A DNA stretch of 64,000 nt, taken from contig NC_068982.1 of assembly GCF_001194135.2 (NCBI RefSeq), forward strand, positions 110,476,746-110,540,745, in the 5' to 3' direction. Positions within the stretch are counted from its first letter, which is position 1. Each line of letters begins with the position of its first letter. Under the pieces are notes generated by a model. That model worked only from the letters and a program-made list of their open reading frames with translations, was not told the DNA's origin and ran no database searches. This DNA is from Octopus bimaculoides. Taxonomy: Eukaryota. The position numbers and the translations under genes are program-made. Shown piece by piece: positions 39,628 to 51,704 of the stretch.

Positions 39628-40882
39628 CGAGAGTGGGCTGAAAAGTTCATAGGCTGACCACGATGCAATGGTTGAACGTGACCAAACGTGTTTTATTTTT
39701 TTATATAGTCTCCCCTGCGGTCCATACACTTTTTCCATCAATGTTGCAGCACTTGGATTCCTGTGGTATAGAAGCTCTCATCCTGATCATCAAAAAAGTC
39801 CTCAACAACAGATATAATCTCATCATTGGTCTGATACTGTTTCCCAGCCAAGTGTTTTTTCGTGTTGGGAAACAGAAAATAGTCAGATGGTGCCAAATCA
39901 GGAGAATATGGAGAGTGATCAACCAGTTCAAAGCCACAGTCATGCACAGCAGCCATTGCAACCACAGACTTGTGTGCAGGAGCATTGTCCTGGTGAAGTA
40001 GGATGCCCTTCATCAGTTTTCCAGGCCATTTTGACTTGATTGCCTCAGCAAGTTGGCATAGTATTCTCCATTGATAGAATGGCCTTTCTGAAGGTAGTCA
40101 ATGAACACAATCCTAGAAGATGGAGGCCATCACTTTTCTGCCGATGACACCACCTTGCCCTTCTTTAGTGGGGGAGAAGACGGGTGTTTCCACTGCATGG
40201 ATTGCAGTTTGGTTTCTAGCTCAAAGTGGTGGACACAACATTCATTTTGGATGAGAAAATATTGAAGAAAACCAGCTGGATTTGCTTCAAAAAGTGCCAA
40301 GTTCACCTGCGACATGACCAGCCTGGTGTGCTTTTGATCAGATGTCAAAAGTCGTGGCACCCACCAAGCGGAAACCTTCAACATGCCAAGTTCGTTATGC
40401 AGAATGTTCTCAACTCGTTCATGGGAGATACCTACAGCACTAGCTATCTGATTAACATTTAAACATCTGTCATCCATCACTATGTGGTGAACACGGTCAA
40501 TGTTTTCTTAGGTGGTGACTGTGAGAGGACTCCAGACCTTGAGTCATCGTCAAGACTCTCCCTACCCCTCTTGAATCCAGCTGCCCACTTTTGCACGGTT
40601 GATAAAACTGGAGCATCATCCCCTAATGAATATCCTTGGGGCTAAACACTTTTTCTGCAGATATTTGATAACACCACAGTGCCAAATTTTATCCATTTTC
40701 ATGAAACGTCTCTAGTACCACTTTTCAATTTTCAATCTTCAATTCTGTATCCAATGTGGGTTTATCTGGAAAGAAAAGAATGCAGTTAGCATCAGTAAAG
40801 GTTGAATTTAATGCATGCCAAGTTTAATTACTGTATGACGACTCTTTCTCAGTCAGTCAATGAACTTTTCAGCCTACCCTTT
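39628..40882 (-). mobile_element. Near full-length decayed mariner transposon (DD34D)
   Basis: About 31-bp imperfect TIRs with TA flanks; WVPRLL, HQDNAPAH and YSPDLAPSD motifs with exactly 34 residues between D2 and D3; first D mutated to N; frameshifted and internally deleted. Confidence 0.93.
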
Positions 40883-41022
40883 TAGGAAGTATCAGAAAAA
40901 GTCATATTTTACAAAACACTTCATTATTTTCAAAATTATTTGAAACGAACTCAGTATATTTCACCATAAATATAGTAACAAAAAGGTTAATGGTCATCAA
41001 ATATGACACACAAACCACATAT

Positions 41023-41830
41023 TGTTACAAACGCCCGCATGCGAAGCACGTAACGACGACAACAGGCAAAAGGAGGAAGAAATAACACGGACCAAACGTT
41101 GCGTAGTGACACTAACTTTTTTCTTAGCAAAACAATACATCATCATCATCAAAATAAAACATTGCATAACAATTCAATAACATGTAACAATAGCGTTTCC
41201 AAGCATTTAACATAATCAAAGTTTACAATCAAGAGTTCGTATATCAAGTCAATTTAAAAGTTCTTTTACTTCTTTGTTTTCTTTTCTTTGAACAACATGT
41301 CACAACAAAGTTCTCTCTTTTATTTTCCACCGGTTAACATCACAGTTAATGAAATCTCTTTTTCTTTTAAAACATGTAACAACAAAGTTCTCTCTTTAAA
41401 GAATATTTAAACAAACCTTCACCGCAAGAATTTCCTTTCCTTCAAAGCTCCCACTACAATCACAAGAACTGACCAACTACAATCTTTTGCCTGCCACAAC
41501 AGTTCCATCTCTCTGTCCCTCTCTCTCTTAGACTCTATCCATTTCTGCTGACTGGTACCTTCTGACCATAGTCTCTCTCTTTCAGCCTCTGTCTGTCAGT
41601 CTCTCTGTTCATCTTGCTCCTCTACTGGCCGCTGGCCTTCACATCAACTGCTGTACATCTTCATCCACTGATTTTGTTTTCGTCAACTGCTTGTCTCCAA
41701 ATCTCGCTGTCGTATTTATGAGAGATACCATACCCAATAGTGCTACGATACCCCCCTCCACAGCTGGGTCAGTTTAGTACAGTTCCTAACTTGTTTTTCT
41801 CAACTTTCGATGACCGGAAAGGGTCAGCAA
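41023..41830 (-). mobile_element. 3' end of an LTR retrotransposon (polypurine tract plus about 728-bp LTR)
   Basis: Minus strand: GGAGGGGGG tract (41751-41759) directly before the putative LTR start (TA rather than TG), ending TGTAACA at 41023; CATAAATA near the start; no TSD testable. Confidence 0.5.
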
Positions 41831-42248
41831 TCATCCTCCTATGCTATAAATAGCTGTGCTTGTTGACAGGACAAAAAAAATACCATTATCCCCAACAACC
41901 AGAATACGGTTTCAAACCCAGCTTGGGGAATAGGGTCATAACGTTATTTTGTATTTCGGCGGTCCGTATCAATATTTTAGCACCCACTGTACAGGCAATC
42001 CTCTACTTAACAATAGAATGGAACATAATAAAATATATATCACATAAAGTGTATAAATAAAGCAAATCTTTTATGTTTGAAACAAAAAATAGAAGAAAAG
42101 CAAATACCTACGAATAAGCATAAAAATTATAATACAACCCATAAAGGAATTGATTTGCTGCTTGATTTGTTAGTCTTTTTTCTTTTTATCACAAGTTGCT
42201 TTTCTTCTATTTTTGGTTCCAAACGCGGGAGTAATTTTATTTTCACTC

Positions 42249-42254
<6 letters not shown>

Positions 42255-42332
<78 letters not shown>
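42255..42332. repeat. (GA)n microsatellite
   Basis: Directly visible; further tracts at 49807-49836, 56100-56158, 56715-56810; (GT)n at 37453-37525; (TA)n at 59086-59146. Confidence 0.95.
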
Positions 42333-42335
<3 letters not shown>

Positions 42336-43319
42336 GTGGATATAAATTCATACATATATCATTATCATCAACATTTAACATTCATTTTCCATGATGGCAT
42401 GGGTTATATGTCTTGACAGGAGCCGGCAAGGCCAGAGGCTGCACCAGGTTCCATAGTCTGTTTTGATTTGGTTTCTATGGCTGGATGCCCTTCCTAATGC
42501 CAACCACTCTACAGAGTATGCTGGGTGCTTTTTATGTGGCACCATCACCAGTGCTTTTTAAGTGACACCAGCACCAGTGCTTTTTATGTGGCACCTTGAT
42601 TTTAGGATCTCAATTCAGTTGTGGTGGGTGAGTCTTCTCAAGTACAGCAATGCACCATATGTCTCGGCCCCCTGTCTTCTCCTTCATAAGGTTTAGTGTT
42701 CTGAATGCATGTATTATATAAATATATACATTTATATATATGTGTGTGTGTGCATGTATGTATCATCACCATCACCATTAATTGTCCATGTTGGTATGGT
42801 TTCTACAACTGGATGACCTACACACACACACCCACCCACACGCACACACACACACATAGACTCACACACACACACTCACACACATGCACACATATACACA
42901 CACATGCACACCTACATACTCTTTATAGAGTGTACCATGTGGCACTGGCACCAGTGAAACCACCAAGTAAGACCCCCTCAACTGAAGTGGCAGTAATATT
43001 GAAGGAGTGGGGCTTTATGCCAAGTAATGAGAGATTAAAGTATAATAAAGGAACAGGAACAGATTTCTTGCTATAGAGGAGATACATGGTTAATCTAGTT
43101 GGAAAAGAAAGAAGATGGTGGTGAAGAGGTGCCAGGACATACCTTGAAAGCATAGGAAGTTGAATATAAGAGAAATAATACAGAGGAGGGGCCAGAATGA
43201 ATGGGAAGGTAAATAAGTTTGTAAGAATGTGAAGCTTTAAGCATGTGTATGTAATTCTGTTTACCCTGTATCAAACATAGAAACTTGTTTGGTTAGATAT
43301 GAACCATATACATCATAAT

Positions 43320-43351
<32 letters not shown>

Positions 43352-44642
43352 TGTATGTATATTATCTTTTATTTTTTACTTGTTTCAGTAATTAATCTGT
43401 GGCCATACTGGGGCAACACCTCGAAGAATTTTTTTTTAGTGGAATGAATTAATCCCAGTACTAATTTTTTCAAAGCCTGGTACTTATTCTATTGGTTTCT
43501 TTTGATGAACTGCTAAGTTACATGGATATAAACACACCAACATCAGTTGTCAAGCGGTGGTAGGGTACATACACAGATACAAAGACATACACACACATAT
43601 AAACATATATATATTTATATGATGGGCTTCTTTAAGTTTCTGTCTATCAAATCCACTCACAAGGCTATGGTAGAAGACATTTGCCCAAGGTGCTACAAGG
43701 TGCTCCCAGAACCATGTGGTTGGGAGACAGACTTCTTATGCCAACAAAAGAACCTCTATGTGGCTGTTTGATTTGCAAGAAATAGTAATGAAATCTCTCT
43801 GGCATCACTCCTTACTGTCTTAAAAGAAAACATGTGTATTGGATAATGCAGTCTTATACACCATTTTTTAAGATGTTATGGTTACAGGTTTTCCCAGTTA
43901 GGGTTGACCTGGGATTAAAGAACAACAACTACAACACATACATACATACATACATACATACATACAAACATACATACAAATTCACATTTATACAAATCCA
44001 CATTTATACCAATAATAATTGGAGCACTNNNNNNNNNNTCCACATTTATACCAATAATAATTGGAGCACTTAGTTTTGTAAGTAAATGCCTAACTGTCAG
44101 TCTGGATAAGCTTGGATTTTCAGAAAAAGAAATCAACCAACTAACTCATACATTACAAATACAATCTGTAAGTGAATCAGTAAAAATATGCTAGACTTTT
44201 ATCAGATTTAAAATGTGACATTGTCTTCATTATCCACATTCCAATGATGGAGATTTGTATCTTTGTTAGAAACCAGTCCTTTCTTCAGAGGAAGTAAATG
44301 ATTAAAAACAGAAGAGAAACATACACACATACATATATACATACATACACATGTATGTACAGAAAGAAAGACAGTCACACAGAATGGCTTACTTATATGG
44401 TGTATTCAAATGTTGAATTTTGTTGAGTGAATGATAAAGAGAGAACTCAATACAGGTTATAGAATATATGGCTTATTGAAACATTTCTTTTCCTATGACT
44501 CATGTTTTATGTCTGACAATCGATGTGGCATGAAACATGAATCAAAAGGAAGTAACTCAATTTAAATAAACAACACACCTATACCCACATATAGTGGGTG
44601 TGTCAGTATATGTACTTATGTATGTACACACTCACACATATA

Positions 44643-46173
44643 TAGCCTTGGCCAAAAGTATTAGACCACCCCAATGTTTTGGGGTTCTGCTATCTCAGTG
44701 TTAATGAAACTTGTGCACATGGTAGATTATGGTATATTTCACAATATACATTAGTTTTAATATCTGGTTGACCCTCCTTTAGCATTAATTACCACTTTTA
44801 TATGGTTAGGCATTGAATCAACTAGTTTCTTGCAGGTGATAGGTGCAATTTTACTCCATTCTTCTCTCAACTTTTGGTACAAATGCTCTTTATTTTTAAT
44901 TGTTGTGTTCCTGATAGCCTCACCAAGAGTTCCCCATAGGTGTTCAATCAGATTTAGATAGGGACTTTGAGCTGGCCAGTCCTTGGGAACAATACCCTGT
45001 GTCTCAAACCACTGATGACTATTCTTTGCTGTATGACATGGAGTGCTGTCCTGTTGAAAGATAACACTGTTTTTTGACACCCCTGGATGCAATTTACCAA
45101 TTGATGGCTCTAAAATATCTGATAACATAGAAACATAGGTAGCTGAATTCATCCTTCCCTGACATAAAAACATTTCTCCAGGTTTTGTGACAGATATGCA
45201 GGCCATGGTAGAACCACCCCCATGTTTTATGATTGGTACCAGACATTCAGCCTTTAATGCTTCCCCAACTCTGTGATGCATAAAAGTTGCACCAGATGTA
45301 CTATGAACCTGAGTAAAAACATGAAATATAATATTAGCTTTATGTTGGATACTTTTTATATATTTTGGGCAACAAACTAGTTACATTAAGTTTATATGTT
45401 GATTGAATACACATACTATCTTGCCTCATAGTTACTTTCATCAGACCATATGACTTTCAATCATTGCTCACTGGTCCAATTTGAGTTGTGTTTGGCCCAC
45501 TGAAGATGTTTTTCCATATTCGCTTCAGAAACCTATGGCTTCTTCTTGGCTTTACAACCTTTCAGACCATACTCTACAAACCTTCTTCTAACAGTTCTGG
45601 TTGATATTTGTGAAGTACTTGCATCATTGAAGTCTGCACAGAGCTCCAACGATTTTTTTCTCCTGCTTTTAAGTGACTGATGGATAATGGATCTGTCATC
45701 ACAAGATGCTGTAACCTTTTTCTACTCGTTCTTTGTATTATCTTCACATCTTTTGTCACTCTGAAGCGCTTGAGAGTCATTTGCAGCGCACATCAAGAAC
45801 ATTTCATCTTCTGAGCAATTTGCCTTCGAGACATTTCATCTTCATGATGAGCTACGATTTGGCCTCACTCACACCCACTCAACTCCCTTGTTTTAGGCAT
45901 TTTACTGTTTATTAACTGTATCTATAACGTATTTTAGCATAAAGCTCTGAAATAATCAAGGAAACAAGTTAATTTTGGACGCTGGTCTTACTCATAATTG
46001 GTTTCTATGTACAGAGTAAAAGCAGTAATTGATGCTAAAGGAGGGTCAACCAGATATTAAAACTAATGTATATTGTGAAATATACCATAATCTACCATGT
46101 GCATGAGTTTCATTAACACTGAATAGCAGAACCCCAAAACATTGGGGTAGCCTAATACTTTTGGCCATGGCTG
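44643..46173 (-). mobile_element. Full-length decayed Tc1-family transposon (DD34E), about 150-bp TIRs
   Basis: TA flanks and near-identical 150/149-bp TIRs; ATG at 45900 (MPKTRELS..), KVIWSDES, KHGGGS, FQQD..SPYLNLIE with 34 residues between D2 and E; several stops and a frameshift. Confidence 0.95.
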
Positions 46174-46742
46174 TATATACATATATATAGCTTCAAATAT
46201 TTTATTTATAGATATTTATTCATTCTTAAGCCACAATAAGATAATCACACACATGCACAAACACACACATTAAAGTCAAAGTATTTGTGTAAAAATAGCC
46301 TAAAAATAAACATTTGTTGAGTAAGTACTAATGATATATGATTTGCAACAGGAAAATATTAAAAATTACAAAGAAAGGAAATTTAAAAAAAGAGAAAAAT
46401 AACAAAGCAAAATATTTAAGATTACTTGTAATAATTCATGTTCTGATATTCATAAGATGATATAATCTTTGTTTTTAACTTTTATCTTACTAAAAATGTT
46501 TAAATGAACACTATCTCAAAGATTCTGATTTTATCATGTACAAATCTCCAAGAACAGCAAACAGCTATTTCATAAGTATAACCAGGAACGTGTGACACAA
46601 TTGAAGGGAAATCAAGGTGTATTTTGTAAGAGAATCAAAAGGGATTTGAAAGAAATTTAGTTGCTATTTCTTCCAAATCAAGTGACCTCATAGAAGCTTG
46701 TATGTTGGTTTACAGACATGTGTGTGTGTGTGTGTGTATGTC

Positions 46743-46779
<37 letters not shown>

Positions 46780-47544
46780 ATGCATGTTTGTACACATACA
46801 TACATACATACATATAATTATATACATATTAAGGTACTATTGTTTATTTGGGCATGGACTAAAATTTCATTACTACAGTCATTGTGCTATTCTTCCCAAC
46901 AAAGCACCCAAATATGCTAGAAAAAAAAAATGGATAAATTTGTGTGTTCCACAAGTTGAGGAAAATTAAAATGTTTCTAATATGTACTCTTTGAGAAGAA
47001 TGAAAAAATCTTTTTCTTCTTCAATGAGTAATCTAGCTGTTATGGAATTGATATTGTCAATTTCAGGTTAACACAAAATTTTTTCATAAAAGTGTTTGAT
47101 GCAGGGTCTGAAGGAAGTGACACATTAAGGATGATGAAAAACTGAAAGGTGTTTTGAATAGGCATGGATTGGGGGAGGGATTAAACTGTTAGTAAAAACC
47201 ATTTGAGTATTGGTAGAAGAGATGGGGGACAGAAACAGTGTATGGGTGAGTAGATCTTTGATTATTAACCCAATGATGTTTTTTGGGAGGTTGGGTCTTG
47301 CATGTTTATATATTTCTGACTCAGTACATCAGTATGAGTCACTCTTGGTCTTTTTTTATGGTTCAGGACTGGAGTATTTTCTGACCCCAAAGTAGAATCA
47401 CAGTCTTTGTGAAGTTTTAGTTTGGAGTGGGGTCATCATAAAAAAAATCATCATAGAGAATTTGAAGACTTTACTTATGTACTGTTCATGTTTTTATGGT
47501 GCAATATTATTTACTTGATATGTTCCATGATTTGCCTTTGCACT

Positions 47545-47720
47545 GGTTGTGAGGTTAAGAAGTTTACCTCTCAACCATGTGGTCTTGGATTTAGTCCCAC
47601 TGCATGGCACCTTGGGCAAGTGTCTTCTACAACAGCCCTGGCTAAACAAAGACTTGCAAGTGGATTCAGTAGATAGAAACTGGCAGAAGTCCATTGTGTG
47701 TATAAGTGTGTGTGTGTGTG
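47545..47720 (+). mobile_element. tRNA-type SINE (family D)
   Basis: GGCACCTTGGGCAAGTGTCTTCTAC..GTGGATT..GAAACTG..GAAG core followed by microsatellite; similar copies at about 53285-53442 (+) and 34030-34150 (-). Confidence 0.65.
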
Positions 47721-47754
47721 TTTATAAACAAACATTGAAGTATGGAATGAATTG

Positions 47755-47975
47755 GTATTTTAGAAATGAAGGAAATCTTAATTGCAGGAGAGTAGCTGTG
47801 AAAACAGCTTAGAGGATCAGGCAAAATATCCTTATAGATGGAAAAAAGTGGCCAGCAAGCTGCTCTGTATTGGCTTGCTGGTCACTTTTTCCTGCATATA
47901 AGGGTATTTTACTTGATCCTCTAAGCTGTTTTCACATCAGCTTTCCTGCATTCTAGATTTCTTTCATCTCTAATA
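47755..47975. mobile_element. Foldback/MITE-like palindrome (about 100-bp arms, about 12-nt loop)
   Basis: GTGAAAACAGCTTAGAGGATCA vs TGATCCTCTAAGCTGTTTTCAC and continuous pairing out to both ends. Confidence 0.75.
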
Positions 47976-49803
47976 TATATATATATGTATATTATCTGAA
48001 ATGTATAGTATTAAATATTAATCACGGCTGGTCTTACCAATCAGTTTCAAGTAGAGAATACAATAAAGTGTAAGGTAACAAATTGATTATATAACTTTAC
48101 GCTCATCAGAGTCAGTCGATATGGAAGGGAATATGGTGACTGCTGTCTATTGCCAGAGGTGGATTAGCGCAACTGGTCAGCAGCTACTGTGAAAAAGGTG
48201 GTGGGATGAAAAGGGGCCAGGGGATTAGTTTAGGAGTTATGTCCCTTAGTTGGGTATGCTGTGAAGCTGACAAGAGTTGTCTAGAAGTGGGGAAAGTGTG
48301 CATTATTAATGTGGTTCTCCTGTGGGGATGGGGTTTGTGGTATGTGTAGCGGTGTCATATGTATAATTTTTTTTCCGGGGGTGTAGGTATATATAGCTGT
48401 GTTTGTTGGTCTGTTTTCTTTCTGTAAAGGATAAAGCCATGGGGGTGGGGTATGTTAACGTGTAGTGTGTAATGTGTGTGTTTGGGGGTCTGTGTATATG
48501 TGGGGGTATAATTTGTGTGAAGGGGTATGTGTTGGTGGTGGTGGGAGACAGTTTATTTTGTGGGGTGTCTGCCTTATAGAGGTGTGTGTGTATGTATTGA
48601 TGGGTGCCTTGGTGTGTGCTTTGGTCAAACTCTTTTTGCTGGGCTCAAGGGCATTGATGGAAGGTTGTTTGCAGAAGGTCGAGGCAGGGGACCTGTGGTT
48701 TCACTCATGGTGGGACACACAGGTATGATAGAATATACTTCCTTTCATGTGGGCACAGATTAAACACCTCACTCCTACTATTCAGGTAAAAGAAATGGGG
48801 GTGATATTATTCCACAGTTCCACCATTTCATATATTCTACTGTCATTGGATGTTTCCTTTCAGGCACTTATGGCACTAATCAGGCCCTCATTCTACCAAT
48901 TCTAGTGCACCTCAAGATTTGGTTATATCACCCACGCTTTTCCTTCTGAACAGTACATGATCTTCTTGCTGTCACTCCTATGTAATCATCAGCACTCCTG
49001 TGTAGATGATACTAACACTCCACATTTCCTCCCTCTTTTATTCAACTCAGATATAATAACCTAATCTCCTTCAGCATCACCATCATCGAACATCTACTTT
49101 TCCTTTCTTGCATGGAAGATGCCAACCTTGTTTTTCATCTTTCCAGGCTTAATAAAATAAATGAAAGTAAACACCAAGTAAGCAAGCAAGCAAAAATCCA
49201 TCCATCCATCCATATATATATATATATATATATACATTTGATTGATTCACATGACTATACCCCCTGCTACAAAATTTGTGACCAAGTGGTTATTTCCTCC
49301 CATATATTATGAAGCCTTTGTGGTGGTGGTGGTTGTTTGGAAAGCTATGTTTGCAAAATGGTCTCAATCATTAGTTGAATCATTGAATTTAATTCACTTT
49401 TTCTACTTAAAGTGAATTGATACTTAAGGTGGTTGATAACTCTCACTTGCAGAAGAAAACAAAACCGTCTACAGCAATGAAGCAGTTTGTTATAAAATTA
49501 CTAATGCAAAAATAAATATATAACTAAATAATAGAAATAATTTTTTAAAAATCAATGTTATGTTATGCAATGGATACTAAAGATATCTTTTTCATATCAT
49601 ATATGTTGTTTAAATGATCAGCTATGAATCTTATTTGAAATATAAAAAAAAGGTTTTATTTACATTGTGAAAGATACTGCTAAATGTAGAATTATGACTC
49701 ACTTATTATTCTAGTATGATAGGTCACTTCACATTGACCTATTAGCACATCTGTTTATCAGCATACAAACAAAAGTATATCTCAATAAGTAAAGTATGTG
49801 AAG

Positions 49804-49841
<38 letters not shown>

Positions 49842-51197
49842 TTGTACTAGAGTTTTTCTATATCGTGTTCATTACATCCTTATTCTGAGTTCTAATACCT
49901 TTAAAGTTGCCTTTCATGCATTTGTTTAATATCTCATTTTCTTCCTGTATTTATAGGACTACATTAGCAGATGCATCCTTCATTTATCTTAAGAGAGCTG
50001 AGCAAGATTTGAGGAAATTTGGATGCTATTTCTAACAGGTTGAGCAACTGTGTTCAGAATCTTTGTGTTTCTGGAGTAATTGTAATATATTCTCGGGTCA
50101 GTAACTGGCAGAAACAATAAAGTAACGGTCTAAATATCTTGTTGCTTATAGTGTTGTTCTGTTACATAATGTGTTCAAATTTCATAGAGTCCAACTTTCA
50201 TCCTCAAAGTTGATAAAATAGATACCAGATACATACTGGGGTGAATTCAGTTGGCTATACTCTCCACTATATATGTATTTATCCATTATGTCTCACATAC
50301 CCTTTTATTGTTTCAAGCTGCTGAGTCATTGATATCTTGAAGCACGACCATCAAGAAACAAGAAACCCACTGGAGAGCCTTAGCATGGTCATTAGATCTG
50401 CTAAAAATAGCAGCTAAATCTCCCCAAAATTACATCTTACCATCTTTAAATAAAGAAATTATACAATACAGTTCTAGATATCCTCTTAAAACTAGATGGT
50501 CATGGCTGGAACATTTTGCTTATAGGTTTGCTTGATCGATGTTGACTCAAGGATAAGCAACAACAAATGCATTGCCTTTACAAAAAAGTAAAAAATAAAA
50601 TTTATATATGTCAAGGATGATATAGTATGACTTAAAATCTGTTTGGTTGTAGACTAGAAAGTCTATTTAGATAAGTCTGTTTCATAGTTTTATAAACATA
50701 TGGTTTTTAGGTTCAATCCCCACTGCATAGCTAGTTGAGTGTAATTTAGTAGAAGCTTGTTGGAAGAACTATTCTTGTACTTGGTTGGTTGGTTGGTTGA
50801 TAGACATAATCCATCACCTGGTTTAATATCTCACCTGATCTGTGCATATCTTTAGCAGGAATACACTCTGTTGCAAGCATTCAGGCCAGTCTGTGGTCTG
50901 AGAATAATGCCTTTTCCATTAACCAGTGTGGTACCCTGAAAGTGACCATAAGTACTGCCCATCTTCCAATGACTAAGCTATTACAAAAATCACTAGAGGG
51001 ATTGACAAATTAGATGCTTTATGTTAGCTTTTTATGGTTCTTCAAGCTTTTAAGTTCAAAATCCTAGCTGTGATAATTCTTTTTTTAAACATAGAGTATC
51101 TCAGACTACAATATTCAACATGATTTCCCTTCTTTACTTTTTAAAAACAATTCACAAGGGTGTGGTTTGAGGATGAGTTTTGGCTGTTAATTTAGCT

Positions 51198-51427
51198 CAG
51201 TGGTTCTCAACTGGCGTCCACATGGCCCTTGGGAGTCTTTGTAAAATGTTACTGTTAAAATTTATCTGCAATAAATTGCTTAAATTTCTACAATACACAA
51301 AATATTCTAACAATTTTCTGATACAATTCGTAATAATAATATTTAATTATAATAATATAAAATAATTTTTTAAGTAATATAAGAATCAAAGGGATCCGTA
51401 GGTAAAAAAAATAGTTGAGAAACATTG
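51198..51427. mobile_element. hAT-type MITE inserted in an older dispersed repeat
   Basis: CAGTGGTTCTCAAC...GTTGAGAAACATTG termini; no clean 8-bp TSD; a same-family end occurs in opposite orientation at about 55929-55985. Confidence 0.7.
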
Positions 51428-51492
51428 CTCTTACTGATCGAGTGACTGTGTTGATGCCTCCTCATTGACTCAACTCAATGAAGTAGATTATA

Positions 51493-51704
51493 CAGGGTGT
51501 CCACAAAGTCTGGGTACATGGGGATTAATACACACTTTAAGAAATTATTATTTCTTATATTTAATTATTTATGTTATGATTTTATTTACTTCATGTACCC
51601 ACATGGGGATTAACACACACTTTAAGAAATTATTATTTCTTATATTTAATTGTTTATGATATGATTTTATTTATTCCATGTACCCAGACTTTGTGGACAC
51701 TCTG
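51493..51704. mobile_element. Tc1/mariner-type MITE with internal 85-bp tandem duplication
   Basis: TA|CAGGGTGTCCACAAAGTCTGGGTACATGG ... CCATGTACCCAGACTTTGTGGACACTCTG|TA. Confidence 0.88.

Noticed and set aside
44000-44070. Exact duplication of about 32 bp on both sides of a 10-N gap
   Set aside because: Typical unmerged contig overlap; an assembly artefact rather than biology.
48060-48125. CTGATGAG on the minus strand, suggesting a hammerhead ribozyme of a Penelope-like element
   Set aside because: No stem II closed by GAAA at the right spacing and no convincing flanking helices.
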